This document shows positions 47,770 through 56,820 of a stretch of DNA of 64,000 nucleotides, piece after piece. Source of the DNA: an uncultured Muribaculaceae bacterium (lineage in GTDB: Bacteria > Bacillota_I > Bacilli_A > RF39 > UBA660); contig CAYJJI010000002.1 of NCBI GenBank assembly GCA_964370475.1, positions 27,151-91,150 on the forward strand, given 5' to 3'. The position numbers were made by a program, and so were the translations under genes. The notes below the pieces were generated by a model. It worked only from the letters and a program-made list of their open reading frames with translations, was not told the origin of the DNA and did no database searches. Positions within the stretch are counted from its first letter, which is position 1, and every line of letters begins with the position of its first letter.

Positions 47770-47810
47770 AAAAATATCACCTACTTTATAGTGGGTGATT
47801 ATTTTATTTT

Positions 47811-48530
47811 TTATTCACAATTTATAAAAATAAATACATATCTATCTTTACCTGACAAATCTTTTTCTATAGTTATTGTAGATTTAGGATATATTTTTTC
47901 TGCTATTTTTTTTATTTCGATTCCTTGTTTATAACCTATTTCAAAAGCGATGATTGCTTTATCATTTATATAATTTATAGAATTTTCAATTATATTTTTA
48001 TATATAGATAATCCGTTTTCATCAGCATATAGTGCTATGTGCGGTTCGTTATTTTTAACTATTGATTCCACTTCTTCATCGATTCCTATGTAAGGTGGAT
48101 TACTTATTATTAAATCGTATTTATCATTTATATTATTAAATACATTACTTTCAATAAATTTAATTTTTGTATTATTTTCTTTTGCATTAACTGTAGCAAT
48201 ATTTAACGCTTTAAGACTTATATCACTAGCAGTTACATTGCACTCTATTTCTTTTTTAAAAGTAACAGCTATAGCTCCGCTGCCTGTTCCTATATCTAAA
48301 ATATTGGGATTTTTAATATTATATTTGTCTAAATAGTTAATAGTTTTTTCTATTAATATTTCTGTTTCAAATCTTGGAATTAAAACATTTTCATTTACTA
48401 TAAAGTCATATCCGTAAAAATTAGTACTACCTAATATATACTGAGGTGGTTCTCCATTTTCTAGACGTTTTAAGTTGTTTTCAACATCTGATTTATCTGA
48501 ATATTTCTTTATATAATCAATATTATTCAT
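47811..48530 (-). CDS. prmC: Release factor glutamine methyltransferase
   Basis: SAM motif DIGTGSGAI and NPPY (ISNPPYI). Overlaps the prfA stop. Confidence 0.9.
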   Translation of the reverse strand: MNNIDYIKKYSDKSDVENNLKRLENGEPPQYILGSTNFYGYDFIVNENVLIPRFETEILIEKTINYLDKYNIKNPNILDIGTGSGAIAVTFKKEIECNVTASDISLKALNIATVNAKENNTKIKFIESNVFNNINDKYDLIISNPPYIGIDEEVESIVKNNEPHIALYADENGLSIYKNIIENSINYINDKAIIAFEIGYKQGIEIKKIAEKIYPKSTITIEKDLSGKDRYVFIFINCE

Positions 48531-49584
48531 TTATTCCTTCTAACTTAAGTCTTTGATCTTCTGCTATTAGTGCTTCTATTACTGGTGATATTCCACCATC
48601 CATAACACGATCCAGTTCCATAAGTGAATAGTTTATTCTATGGTCTGTTACTCTATTTTGTGGATAGTTATATGTTCTTATTTTTTCTGATCTATCTCCA
48701 CTACCAATTTTATTTTTTCTAACACTACCTACTTCTTGTTCTTGTTTTCTTTGCATTTCATCATATAGTTTGATTTTTAGTAAACTTAGTGCTTTTTCTT
48801 TGTTTTTGATTTGGCTTCGTTCATTTTGGCATGTAACTACTATTCCAGTTGGCAAATGAGTTAATCTTACTGCAGAGTCGGTTGTATTTACTGATTGTCC
48901 ACCTGCTCCACTACTTCTATAAACATCTACTTTTATATCATTTTCTTTAATTTCATAATTAATACTTTCAACTTCTGGCATTACTAATACTGTAGAAGTT
49001 GATGTATGAACTCTACCTTGAGTCTCTGTTGCTGGAACTCTTTGAACTCGGTGAGATCCACTTTCAAATTTTAGTTTGGCGTAAACATTTTCTCCCTTTA
49101 TTAAAATTTCTACTGTAGAAAATCCCCCACTTGTTCCAGGTATTTCATTAATCGTTTCAATTTTCCAACCGTTATTTTCAGCATAGTAAGTATACATTCT
49201 TAGTAAGTCTCCAGCAAATATATTTGCTTCGTCTCCACCTGCTGCTCCTCTAATTTCCATAACAACGTTTTTACCATCGTTTTCATCTTTAGGTATAAGT
49301 TGCACTTCTAGTTCGGCATTTAATCTTTCAATTTCTTGTGTTAATCTTTCAATCTCTAACGAAGCCATTTCTTTTAATTCTACATCTTGTAACATCGTTT
49401 TAGCTTCTTTTAATTCTTCTTCAGATTTAGTCAATAATAAATAATTATTAACAATATCTTCTAAATCTTTTTGTTCTTTTGATAAATTCTTTAATTTATT
49501 ATAATCAGAAATAACTTCTGGTTTAGATAATTCTTCTGTTAATTCATTATATTTTTTAAGAATTGTTTCTAATCTTTCTTTCAT
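48523..49584 (-). CDS. prfA: Peptide chain release factor 1
   Basis: PAT tripeptide (RVPATETQGR) and GGQ (SGAGGQSVN). 353 aa. Confidence 0.96.
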   Translation of the reverse strand: MKERLETILKKYNELTEELSKPEVISDYNKLKNLSKEQKDLEDIVNNYLLLTKSEEELKEAKTMLQDVELKEMASLEIERLTQEIERLNAELEVQLIPKDENDGKNVVMEIRGAAGGDEANIFAGDLLRMYTYYAENNGWKIETINEIPGTSGGFSTVEILIKGENVYAKLKFESGSHRVQRVPATETQGRVHTSTSTVLVMPEVESINYEIKENDIKVDVYRSSGAGGQSVNTTDSAVRLTHLPTGIVVTCQNERSQIKNKEKALSLLKIKLYDEMQRKQEQEVGSVRKNKIGSGDRSEKIRTYNYPQNRVTDHRINYSLMELDRVMDGGISPVIEALIAEDQRLKLEGINE

Positions 49585-49606
49585 AATTACTCCTTTCTAA
49601 GGATTA

Positions 49607-50047
49607 TTAATTTTCTTCGTCTTCTTCGATAATCATTAAATCTTGCAGATCATCTTCGTCATCATCATTTTCTTGATCTTCAACATTGTAGAAAATATCT
49701 TCTTCAGAAGATTCTATTATTTCCTCTTCTTCATCTTCTATTTCTTCTATATGATCTGCTAATAATTCTTCTTCATCTTCTTCTATTATAACTTTAGTTG
49801 TATGTTTTGTTTTTAGATCTACTTTTCCTGATTCTAATATTATAAATCTTTGATCTGTTGAAATCACTTCAAAGAAATCAGCTATTTGTGCTACGAATTG
49901 ATCTTCTGTTAATCCGTAAATATCTGCTACATGTTTGAACAGTTCATTTACCTTATAATTTTTATTAGTTTCTGTTATTATCATAAATGCAATATCATCA
50001 TAAGACATCGCTTCTATCTCGTGTTTTTCTAATTCTTTTAATTTCAT
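49607..50047 (-). CDS. rpoE: DNA-directed RNA polymerase subunit delta
   Basis: N-terminal HARE-HTH-like domain (MSYDDIAFMII...FFEVISTDQRFI) followed by a long D/E tail. Confidence 0.85.
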   Translation of the reverse strand: MKLKELEKHEIEAMSYDDIAFMIITETNKNYKVNELFKHVADIYGLTEDQFVAQIADFFEVISTDQRFIILESGKVDLKTKHTTKVIIEEDEEELLADHIEEIEDEEEEIIESSEEDIFYNVEDQENDDDEDDLQDLMIIEEDEEN

Positions 50048-50057
50048 ATTTCTCCTC

Positions 50058-51659
50058 CTACATTTTTTCTAATGGTTCTACACCAATTAAATTTAATGCA
50101 TTATATATTGTTTGTTTTACAGCTGTAATTACTGCTATATTAGTATTAGTTTTTTCTTCATCATCAGTAATTACTCTGTTTTTAGAATAGTATAAGTGAA
50201 ATTCACTTGCTAATTCGTATACGTAATTAGTAATAAGATGTGGTAATTCTTTTTCTGCTGCATTTTTTACCATTTCTGGAAATTCATATACTTTTTCTAA
50301 CACATTATATGTGTATTCATCATCTAGTTTACTAATTTTATTAATATTAATACCTTTTGTATTATTTATTATTGAACAAATGCGTGCATATGCATAACTT
50401 ACGTAATATACTGGATTTTCATTTGTTTTTGATTTAGCTAATGTTAAATCAAAATCCATTTGTGTGTCTAAGCTATTTTTTGAAAAATAATATCTTGCTG
50501 CATTTACTCCTACTTCCTCTAGTAATTCTTTTAATGTTACACTCTTACCAGAACGTTTACTCATTTTTACTATTTCTCCATCTTCAATTAATCTTACTAA
50601 TTGAAGAAGCTTGACATCTAGTTTATTTGAATCCATACCTAGAGCTTTTACACTACTTTTTAATCTCGCTACATAACCATGATGATCTGTACCTAAAATA
50701 TCGATCATTTTGTCAAATCCCCTATTATATTTATCTAAGTGATATGCTATATCAGGTACTAAATATGTATATGATTTATCTTCTTTTACTAAAACATGAT
50801 CTTTATCATCAAAATAATCACTACATTTAAACCAAATAGCATTATCTTTTTCGTATGTTGCAGATTTTTCTGTCAATTTTTTAATTACGTTATCTAGTCC
50901 ATATTGATTTGAAATGTCTTTTTCACTGGTGAATTTGTCATATTCTATTCCGTAAAGTTTTAAATCGTTAATTATGTTTCCTAACATTTGATCTTTTCCA
51001 AGTGTTTTAAAATAATCAATTTCTTCATCTAATTTACTATCTTGGAATTCATTATAAATTTCATTTGCTATTTCTATTATTTCTTTACCAAAATATCCAT
51101 CTTCAGGCATTTTAAAATCTTTGTTACATTTTTCTTGGTAACGAGCTTTTATAGATAGTCCTAAATTATTTATTTGATTTCCTAAGTCATTTACATAATA
51201 TTCTTTTGTAACATTGTAGCCGCTGAATTTTAATATTCTAGCTAGTGAATCACCATATGCTCCTCCTCTTGCATTACCTAAATGTAATATTCCTGTAGGA
51301 TTAGCACTAACGAATTCAATGTTTATATTTTTTCCTTGACCTATATTGTTTTTACCGTAATTTTCTTTTTCTAATAGTATTTTTTCTAAATTTTCAAATA
51401 AATATTCTTTTTCCACATAAAAGTTGATAAAACCTGGAGCTGCGATTTGAATGTCTATTATTTTATCTTTGTTTATTTGTTCTGCTATTTTGTTTGCTAT
51501 GTTTAATGGATTATCTTTTAATTTTTTAGCTAATTTCATTGCTATATTACTTGAATAATCACCATTTTCTTTATTTTTTGTTTTAGTTATTTCTACCGAT
51601 TCTTCTATATCCATTTCTTTTAGAACGTCAGTTATTTTGCTGATTAATAATTCTTTCAT
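50058..51659 (-). CDS. argS: Arginine--tRNA ligase
   Basis: Class I HIGH variant (PTGILHLGNARGG), MSKRSG, and a C-terminal DALR anticodon-binding domain ending ...EPLEKM. Confidence 0.95.
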   Translation of the reverse strand: MKELLISKITDVLKEMDIEESVEITKTKNKENGDYSSNIAMKLAKKLKDNPLNIANKIAEQINKDKIIDIQIAAPGFINFYVEKEYLFENLEKILLEKENYGKNNIGQGKNINIEFVSANPTGILHLGNARGGAYGDSLARILKFSGYNVTKEYYVNDLGNQINNLGLSIKARYQEKCNKDFKMPEDGYFGKEIIEIANEIYNEFQDSKLDEEIDYFKTLGKDQMLGNIINDLKLYGIEYDKFTSEKDISNQYGLDNVIKKLTEKSATYEKDNAIWFKCSDYFDDKDHVLVKEDKSYTYLVPDIAYHLDKYNRGFDKMIDILGTDHHGYVARLKSSVKALGMDSNKLDVKLLQLVRLIEDGEIVKMSKRSGKSVTLKELLEEVGVNAARYYFSKNSLDTQMDFDLTLAKSKTNENPVYYVSYAYARICSIINNTKGININKISKLDDEYTYNVLEKVYEFPEMVKNAAEKELPHLITNYVYELASEFHLYYSKNRVITDDEEKTNTNIAVITAVKQTIYNALNLIGVEPLEKM

Positions 51660-51660
51660 T

Positions 51661-52005
51661 TCATTCTCCTTTTAAATTTATTTCAAGGTTTAATTTTTCT
51701 TCTATTGTATATGTTATTATGATTTTTTTTTCGCTAATTTTCATACTGCATTCAATATTAAATGTACAAGTTTCACTTGTTTCTAATACAATATTACAAA
51801 TTTTTTTAATAAAGTCAACTATAAATGTATATTCTTGATTATTTTTAGTATATTTTTTTGTTTTTAAATCTATTATTTGAAGTCCATATTCATCTTCAAA
51901 AGTTATAATATCTTTTTTTTTCGTGTAGTCCAATTCTGTTTTATCAATTAAAATTTCTTGGTTATTTCTTAATTGATAACTTAATTTGTGTTGCAATATA
52001 AACAC
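51661..52005 (-). CDS. DUF1934-family protein (YwiB-like)
   Basis: 114 aa, immediately upstream of argS and coupled to it, as in other Firmicutes. Confidence 0.65.
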   Translation of the reverse strand: MFILQHKLSYQLRNNQEILIDKTELDYTKKKDIITFEDEYGLQIIDLKTKKYTKNNQEYTFIVDFIKKICNIVLETSETCTFNIECSMKISEKKIIITYTIEEKLNLEINLKGE

Positions 52006-52097
52006 TTCCTTTTTTAACTAGAAATCATTATAGCATAATATAATTAAAAATACACATAAATTGCATATTTTCTTTACATAATAAGTTTAGGTGAAAT

Positions 52098-54035
52098 ATG
52101 AAAAAATTATGGTTATTATATAAGTTGTTTATAGGTGTTATCATACTAGTTTTACTTGTGTTAGGAGGATTATATACTTATTCTTATTTATCTCCTTCTA
52201 TAGCTATAGAAAACAGTAATTCTATTATTATTTATGATAGGGATGAAAATCCTGTTTATTATAGCAATAATACTGCTAATTGGGTGACACTTGAGAATAT
52301 TAGTCAAGATGTTATAAATGCTGTGGTAAGTGTTGAGGATAAAAATTTTTATAGTCATTTAGGTTTTGATTATTTACGTATTGCTAAAGCGATGATGATT
52401 AATATAGAGAGTGGGGGAATTGTTCAGGGAGCTAGTACTATTAGTCAACAATATGTTAAAAATTTATTTTTAGATTTTGATAAAACTTGGAATCGTAAAG
52501 TTGATGAAGCTTTATTAACTATGAATTTAGAAATGCATTATGAAAAAGATGAAATACTAGAGGGATATTTAAATACTATATATTATGGACAGGGAAATTA
52601 TGGTATTTATGATGCTAGTATGTATTATTTTAATAAAGAACCGAATGAATTGACTTTAGAAGAGTCAATTATGTTAGTAGGAATTCCTAAGAAACCTAAT
52701 GATTTTAATCCTGTAACTAATTATGAATTAGCTAAAGAAAGAGCTTTAGTAGTAGCTAGTACAATGGTTAGTAATGGATTTATTACTGAAGAGAGATATC
52801 ATAATTTATTTGTCTTAGATTTAGCTATACATGGAAGTAGAGAAGATAATTCACTTGAAACTATAATGTATTATTATGATGCTGTATATAATGAATTGGA
52901 GACAATTGATGAGATTCCTGTTTCGTTACTTGATACTGGAGGTTTAAAAATATATACATCTTTAGATATGGAAGTTCAAACTGAAATGGAAAATTCAATT
53001 AAAAGAAATATGAACGATTCAGAGGAATTACAAGTAGCTAGTGTAGTTATAGAACCTGATACTGGAGCAGTTTTGGCTCTTTCTGGTGGTGTTGATTATG
53101 CTATTAGTCAGTATAATAGGGCGTTAAGTTCTAAAAGGCAGGTTGGTTCTTCTATTAAACCTATTTTGTATTATGCTGCTCTTGAAAATGGGATGGTTAG
53201 TTCTACGAAATTTCTAAGTGAACCTACAACTTTTGTTTTTTCTGATACTGATTCCTATTCTCCTATAAATTATAATGAAGTTTATGGAAATCAGGAAATT
53301 ACAATGGCTGCAGCACTTTCTTATTCTGATAATATATATGCTGTTAAGACTCATTTATTTTTAGGTGAAGAGACGTTAGTTGATACTTCTAAAAGAATGG
53401 GTATTGATGCTGAATTACTAGCTAATCCATCTTTAGCACTTGGTACTAGTGAAATAAATATGATGGATTTTGCAGGTGCATACACTATTTTAGCTAACGG
53501 AGGATACGAAAAGGAAATTACTTTTATTGACAGAATAGAGGATTTAGATGGGAATGTTTTATATGAGAACGATAGGGAAGAGAAGTTAGTCTTAAATCCT
53601 AATTATGTGTTTATTTTAAACGAAATGATGACAGGTACTTATAATAGTGCGTTTGATGATTATAATTCTCCTACTGTTATTTCTATTGCTTCTAAAATAT
53701 CAAGAGAGTATGCAGTTAAAACCGGATCTACAGGAACTGATTTTTGGATGGTAGGATATAATCCTGATGTTTTAATGTTAGTATGGAATGGAAATGATGA
53801 TTCTTCCACTCTAAAAGTAAGCCAGGGCGGAGTAAGTAAAAACATTTGGGTTGATACTGTTGAAGCGTATTTAAAAGATAAGGAGGCTAATTGGTATCAA
53901 CAACCTGAAAATGTAGTAGGAGTTCCACTAGATGCTATTAGCGGAGAACCGGTTAATGATGCATTAAAAACTGTTATGTATTATTATGTTAGTGGTAGTG
54001 AAGTAGGGTATAAGAAGGAAGATTACTTACAGTAA
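52098..54035 (+). CDS. Bifunctional class A penicillin-binding protein (glycosyltransferase plus transpeptidase)
   Basis: GT51 motifs VSVEDKNFYSHLGFD and GASTISQQ. Transpeptidase motifs SSIK, SYSDN and KTGST. N-terminal TM. Confidence 0.9.
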   Translation: MKKLWLLYKLFIGVIILVLLVLGGLYTYSYLSPSIAIENSNSIIIYDRDENPVYYSNNTANWVTLENISQDVINAVVSVEDKNFYSHLGFDYLRIAKAMMINIESGGIVQGASTISQQYVKNLFLDFDKTWNRKVDEALLTMNLEMHYEKDEILEGYLNTIYYGQGNYGIYDASMYYFNKEPNELTLEESIMLVGIPKKPNDFNPVTNYELAKERALVVASTMVSNGFITEERYHNLFVLDLAIHGSREDNSLETIMYYYDAVYNELETIDEIPVSLLDTGGLKIYTSLDMEVQTEMENSIKRNMNDSEELQVASVVIEPDTGAVLALSGGVDYAISQYNRALSSKRQVGSSIKPILYYAALENGMVSSTKFLSEPTTFVFSDTDSYSPINYNEVYGNQEITMAAALSYSDNIYAVKTHLFLGEETLVDTSKRMGIDAELLANPSLALGTSEINMMDFAGAYTILANGGYEKEITFIDRIEDLDGNVLYENDREEKLVLNPNYVFILNEMMTGTYNSAFDDYNSPTVISIASKISREYAVKTGSTGTDFWMVGYNPDVLMLVWNGNDDSSTLKVSQGGVSKNIWVDTVEAYLKDKEANWYQQPENVVGVPLDAISGEPVNDALKTVMYYYVSGSEVGYKKEDYLQ

Positions 54036-54040
54036 ATAGT

Positions 54041-54070
54041 AAAAAGATAACTATGTTAGTTATCTTTTTT
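54041..54070. terminator. Bidirectional terminator between the PBP gene and the 262-aa gene
   Basis: 10-bp stem AAGATAACTA-tgt-TAGTTATCTT flanked by an A-run and a T-run. It overlaps the last codons of the - strand gene. Confidence 0.65.
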
Positions 54071-54844
54071 ATATTTTTTAGGTACTAAAATGTGACAATT
54101 TTCATTTTCGTTTAATTCAAAAAATTTAATGTACTGTCCTGTTAAATCTCCTGAATTTTCTATTTCATATGGTTTATCTTGTTTAATTAAGTAAGGAATG
54201 AATTCTTCAGGAAGGGATTCTATTGGTATTTCAAATTGAAGCATATTTTCTATTAGTTCTTTATAATTTCCATCTTGATGTCTTAATAATATGTTATTTT
54301 CACCACATCTATATTCAGCACTGTTTGTATAATATGTATTTAACGATCTAACATATTGAATTATATAACTACAATTTTGATGTATAGAGTCATTTTCTTG
54401 TTGATATATTTCTTTGTGATTTGTAAAAGTCATTAGTAATGGATGATTTAATATTTTGTTACATGTATTATAAAATTCTTCTATATCCATAATTTCGAAC
54501 ATTTCTTCTTTGGTTGTTATGTTGTTGTAATTTAATTGGTTGTTTTTTGTGCTTATTTCTATATTAGGTATATAAGGACTATATAATAACGCCTCCTTTA
54601 TTATAGGTATTTTTCTTAATAAATTCTCTATTTTTTTTACTATATTTTCTCGTTTATATCCAAAAACTCTTATTACTTGTTCTTTTTCGCTAGCAAATGT
54701 ATTGCTAAAGTCAAAATTTAATTCTTTATATTTTCCTAATAATCTAATTACATTGTTAAGTGAATTTAGTTCTTCTTTTAATTGACAAGTTTCTTTTTTG
54801 ATTGCTATTACTAATTCTAAGTAATTGTAACTTTTCTTTTCCAT
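54056..54844 (-). CDS. Hypothetical cytoplasmic protein (262 aa)
   Basis: Intact ORF with its own promoter-like TTGCAC, 16-nt spacer, TATAAT, and a GAGGTTAT RBS. No TM segment and no recognisable motif. Confidence 0.5.
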   Translation of the reverse strand: MEKKSYNYLELVIAIKKETCQLKEELNSLNNVIRLLGKYKELNFDFSNTFASEKEQVIRVFGYKRENIVKKIENLLRKIPIIKEALLYSPYIPNIEISTKNNQLNYNNITTKEEMFEIMDIEEFYNTCNKILNHPLLMTFTNHKEIYQQENDSIHQNCSYIIQYVRSLNTYYTNSAEYRCGENNILLRHQDGNYKELIENMLQFEIPIESLPEEFIPYLIKQDKPYEIENSGDLTGQYIKFFELNENENCHILVPKKYKKDN

Positions 54845-54898
54845 TATATAACCTCTTAATCTAATTTTTATTATACAACGTTTTTTTAAGAGTGCAAT

Positions 54899-54922
54899 AA
54901 AAAAATAGTATGTTTATACTAT
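54899..54922 (-). terminator. Terminator after the ParB-family (noc-position) gene
   Basis: - strand ATAGTAT-AAAC-ATACTAT followed by T7. Confidence 0.6.
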
Positions 54923-56058
54923 TTTTCTATTAATATACTTATTTGGACTTGCTTTCCTAAATCATATTCGTTTACAAATATTTTTTGACCTTGAGATTTT
55001 AAGGTATCTACTAAAGACATAATTTCATTTTTAGCGTCTGTTTGTGTTGGATTTGATGTTGGAAGTGCAAAATCTAGTGTTTCATGTTCAATAGGCGCCT
55101 TAGCACTAATTGTAGAATCTAGTGTGTCGATGTTATTTGTAGCTACTTTGAACACTGATGTTTCACTGTTTCCTACATTTATTCCTGTATCTAAGTTTGC
55201 TGTTTCACTTTCTGCGAAGTTAAAGAATTTATTTTCTGCAGGTTGAACTTCTTCTACTTTATTTTCTATAACTTTCTTTTCATTTATTTGAACGTCAGTA
55301 GGCAATGAACCACTGAATTCAGTCATAGTATCTTCTGGCATCATCATACTTTCAACACTCCTTTTTGGTTTATCATCTCTTATATCTCTAGCGTTATTCT
55401 TGATGTCTTCAAAACTAGGTAAGTTATCAATTATTGGTTGTGCTGCATTACCTATTGTTGGATCATTTTTAAGTTCTTGTTCTAGTTGTCTAACTGTTAG
55501 TCTTTCATTAACTATTTTATTTAGCCATAGGTGTTGTTTTGATTTATCTTCGACTTTTAATAATGTTCTGGCATGTCTTTCACTTATTTTATTTTCCATT
55601 AATGCTTTTTGAATTGATTCATCAAGATTTAAAAGTCTTAGTTTATTAGCTATTGCAGATTGTGATAAACCCATTTTTTTTGCTAATTGTTCTTGAGTTA
55701 AATATCCTTTATCTAATAAATTTTTGTAAGATCTAGCTTCTTCTATAGCTGATAAATCTCTTCTTTGTAAATTTTCTACCAAAGCTACTTCAGCACTTTT
55801 ATTATCGTCAATGTTTGAAATAATCGCTGGAACTTTTACTAAACCTGCTTGAGTTGCAGCTTTATATCTTCTTTCTCCTGCTATTATTTCATATTTATTA
55901 CCTAATTTTCTTAATACAAGTGGCTGAATTATACCATGTTCTTTTATAGAATCTGATAATTCTTTTAGTCCTTGTTCATCGAAAGCTAAACGTGGTTGAA
56001 AACGATTTGGTATGATATCGTCTAAGTTTATTTGTAATACTTCTGATTCTATATTCAT
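54919..56058 (-). CDS. ParB-family protein in the noc position, with a long unique C-terminal half
   Basis: The ParB/Srx N-domain carries GERR (IIAGERRYKAATQAG), followed by an HTH (LTQEQLAKKMGLSQSAIANKLRLL). Residues from about 200 to 379 have no recognisable ParB C-domain. It lies immediately downstream of rsmG, as noc does in Bacillus. Confidence 0.75.
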   Translation of the reverse strand: MNIESEVLQINLDDIIPNRFQPRLAFDEQGLKELSDSIKEHGIIQPLVLRKLGNKYEIIAGERRYKAATQAGLVKVPAIISNIDDNKSAEVALVENLQRRDLSAIEEARSYKNLLDKGYLTQEQLAKKMGLSQSAIANKLRLLNLDESIQKALMENKISERHARTLLKVEDKSKQHLWLNKIVNERLTVRQLEQELKNDPTIGNAAQPIIDNLPSFEDIKNNARDIRDDKPKRSVESMMMPEDTMTEFSGSLPTDVQINEKKVIENKVEEVQPAENKFFNFAESETANLDTGINVGNSETSVFKVATNNIDTLDSTISAKAPIEHETLDFALPTSNPTQTDAKNEIMSLVDTLKSQGQKIFVNEYDLGKQVQISILIEK

Positions 56059-56102
56059 TGTACAGCCCCTTTTTAATCTATTCTTCTATTATTAATAATA
56101 AC

Positions 56103-56819
56103 CTATTTTTTTGAATTTAGCAATGGGTATTTGATTATCTTGTCGTATAGTCTAGGATACTCTGAAGGAGTTTTTTTTGTTTTTTTAATTACTAATATAT
56201 TTCTTTGACTATTTTCAATTGGTAATTTAAATTCGATATTCTTAACTAGTTTTCCACCTAATATTGATAGAGCGAAGGTATAGTCTGCTTCTTTTGTTAA
56301 ATCTCCTTTTAAAGCTATAAAATAGCCATCTATTTTTAATAAAGGTATTGATAATTCTGATAGAGTAATTATATTAGCTACTGCTCTAGATGTTACTATA
56401 TCGAATTTTTCTTTATTTGTTGATGCAAATTCTTCTGCTCTTTGATGAGTTATATTTATTTTATCTATATTTAATTTTTTAGATAGTTCTTGTAAAAATT
56501 TTGTCTTTTTATTATTTGAATCTAATAAAGTTACTTCTATTTCCGGAAATAATATTTTTATGATCATTCCAGGAAATCCAGCACCCGTTCCAATATCTAA
56601 TAGATTATTTACAGTTTTTAAATCATTAGCTTTTAAAATTGTTATTGAATCGTAAAAATGTTTTAAGTATATATCTTCTTCATTAGTTATTCTTGTTAGA
56701 TTTGTATGACTGTTATATTCTATTAAAAATTCTTTATATATTAATAGTTGTTGTTCTTGAATATCAGTTAATTCTATATTAAATTCTTTTATTTTTTGTT
56801 TAAATTCTTCTAAATTCAT
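56103..56819 (-). CDS. rsmG: 16S rRNA (guanine527-N7)-methyltransferase
   Basis: SAM motif DIGTGAGFPG. Follows mnmG. Confidence 0.92.
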   Translation of the reverse strand: MNLEEFKQKIKEFNIELTDIQEQQLLIYKEFLIEYNSHTNLTRITNEEDIYLKHFYDSITILKANDLKTVNNLLDIGTGAGFPGMIIKILFPEIEVTLLDSNNKKTKFLQELSKKLNIDKINITHQRAEEFASTNKEKFDIVTSRAVANIITLSELSIPLLKIDGYFIALKGDLTKEADYTFALSILGGKLVKNIEFKLPIENSQRNILVIKKTKKTPSEYPRLYDKIIKYPLLNSKK

Positions 56820-56820
56820 A

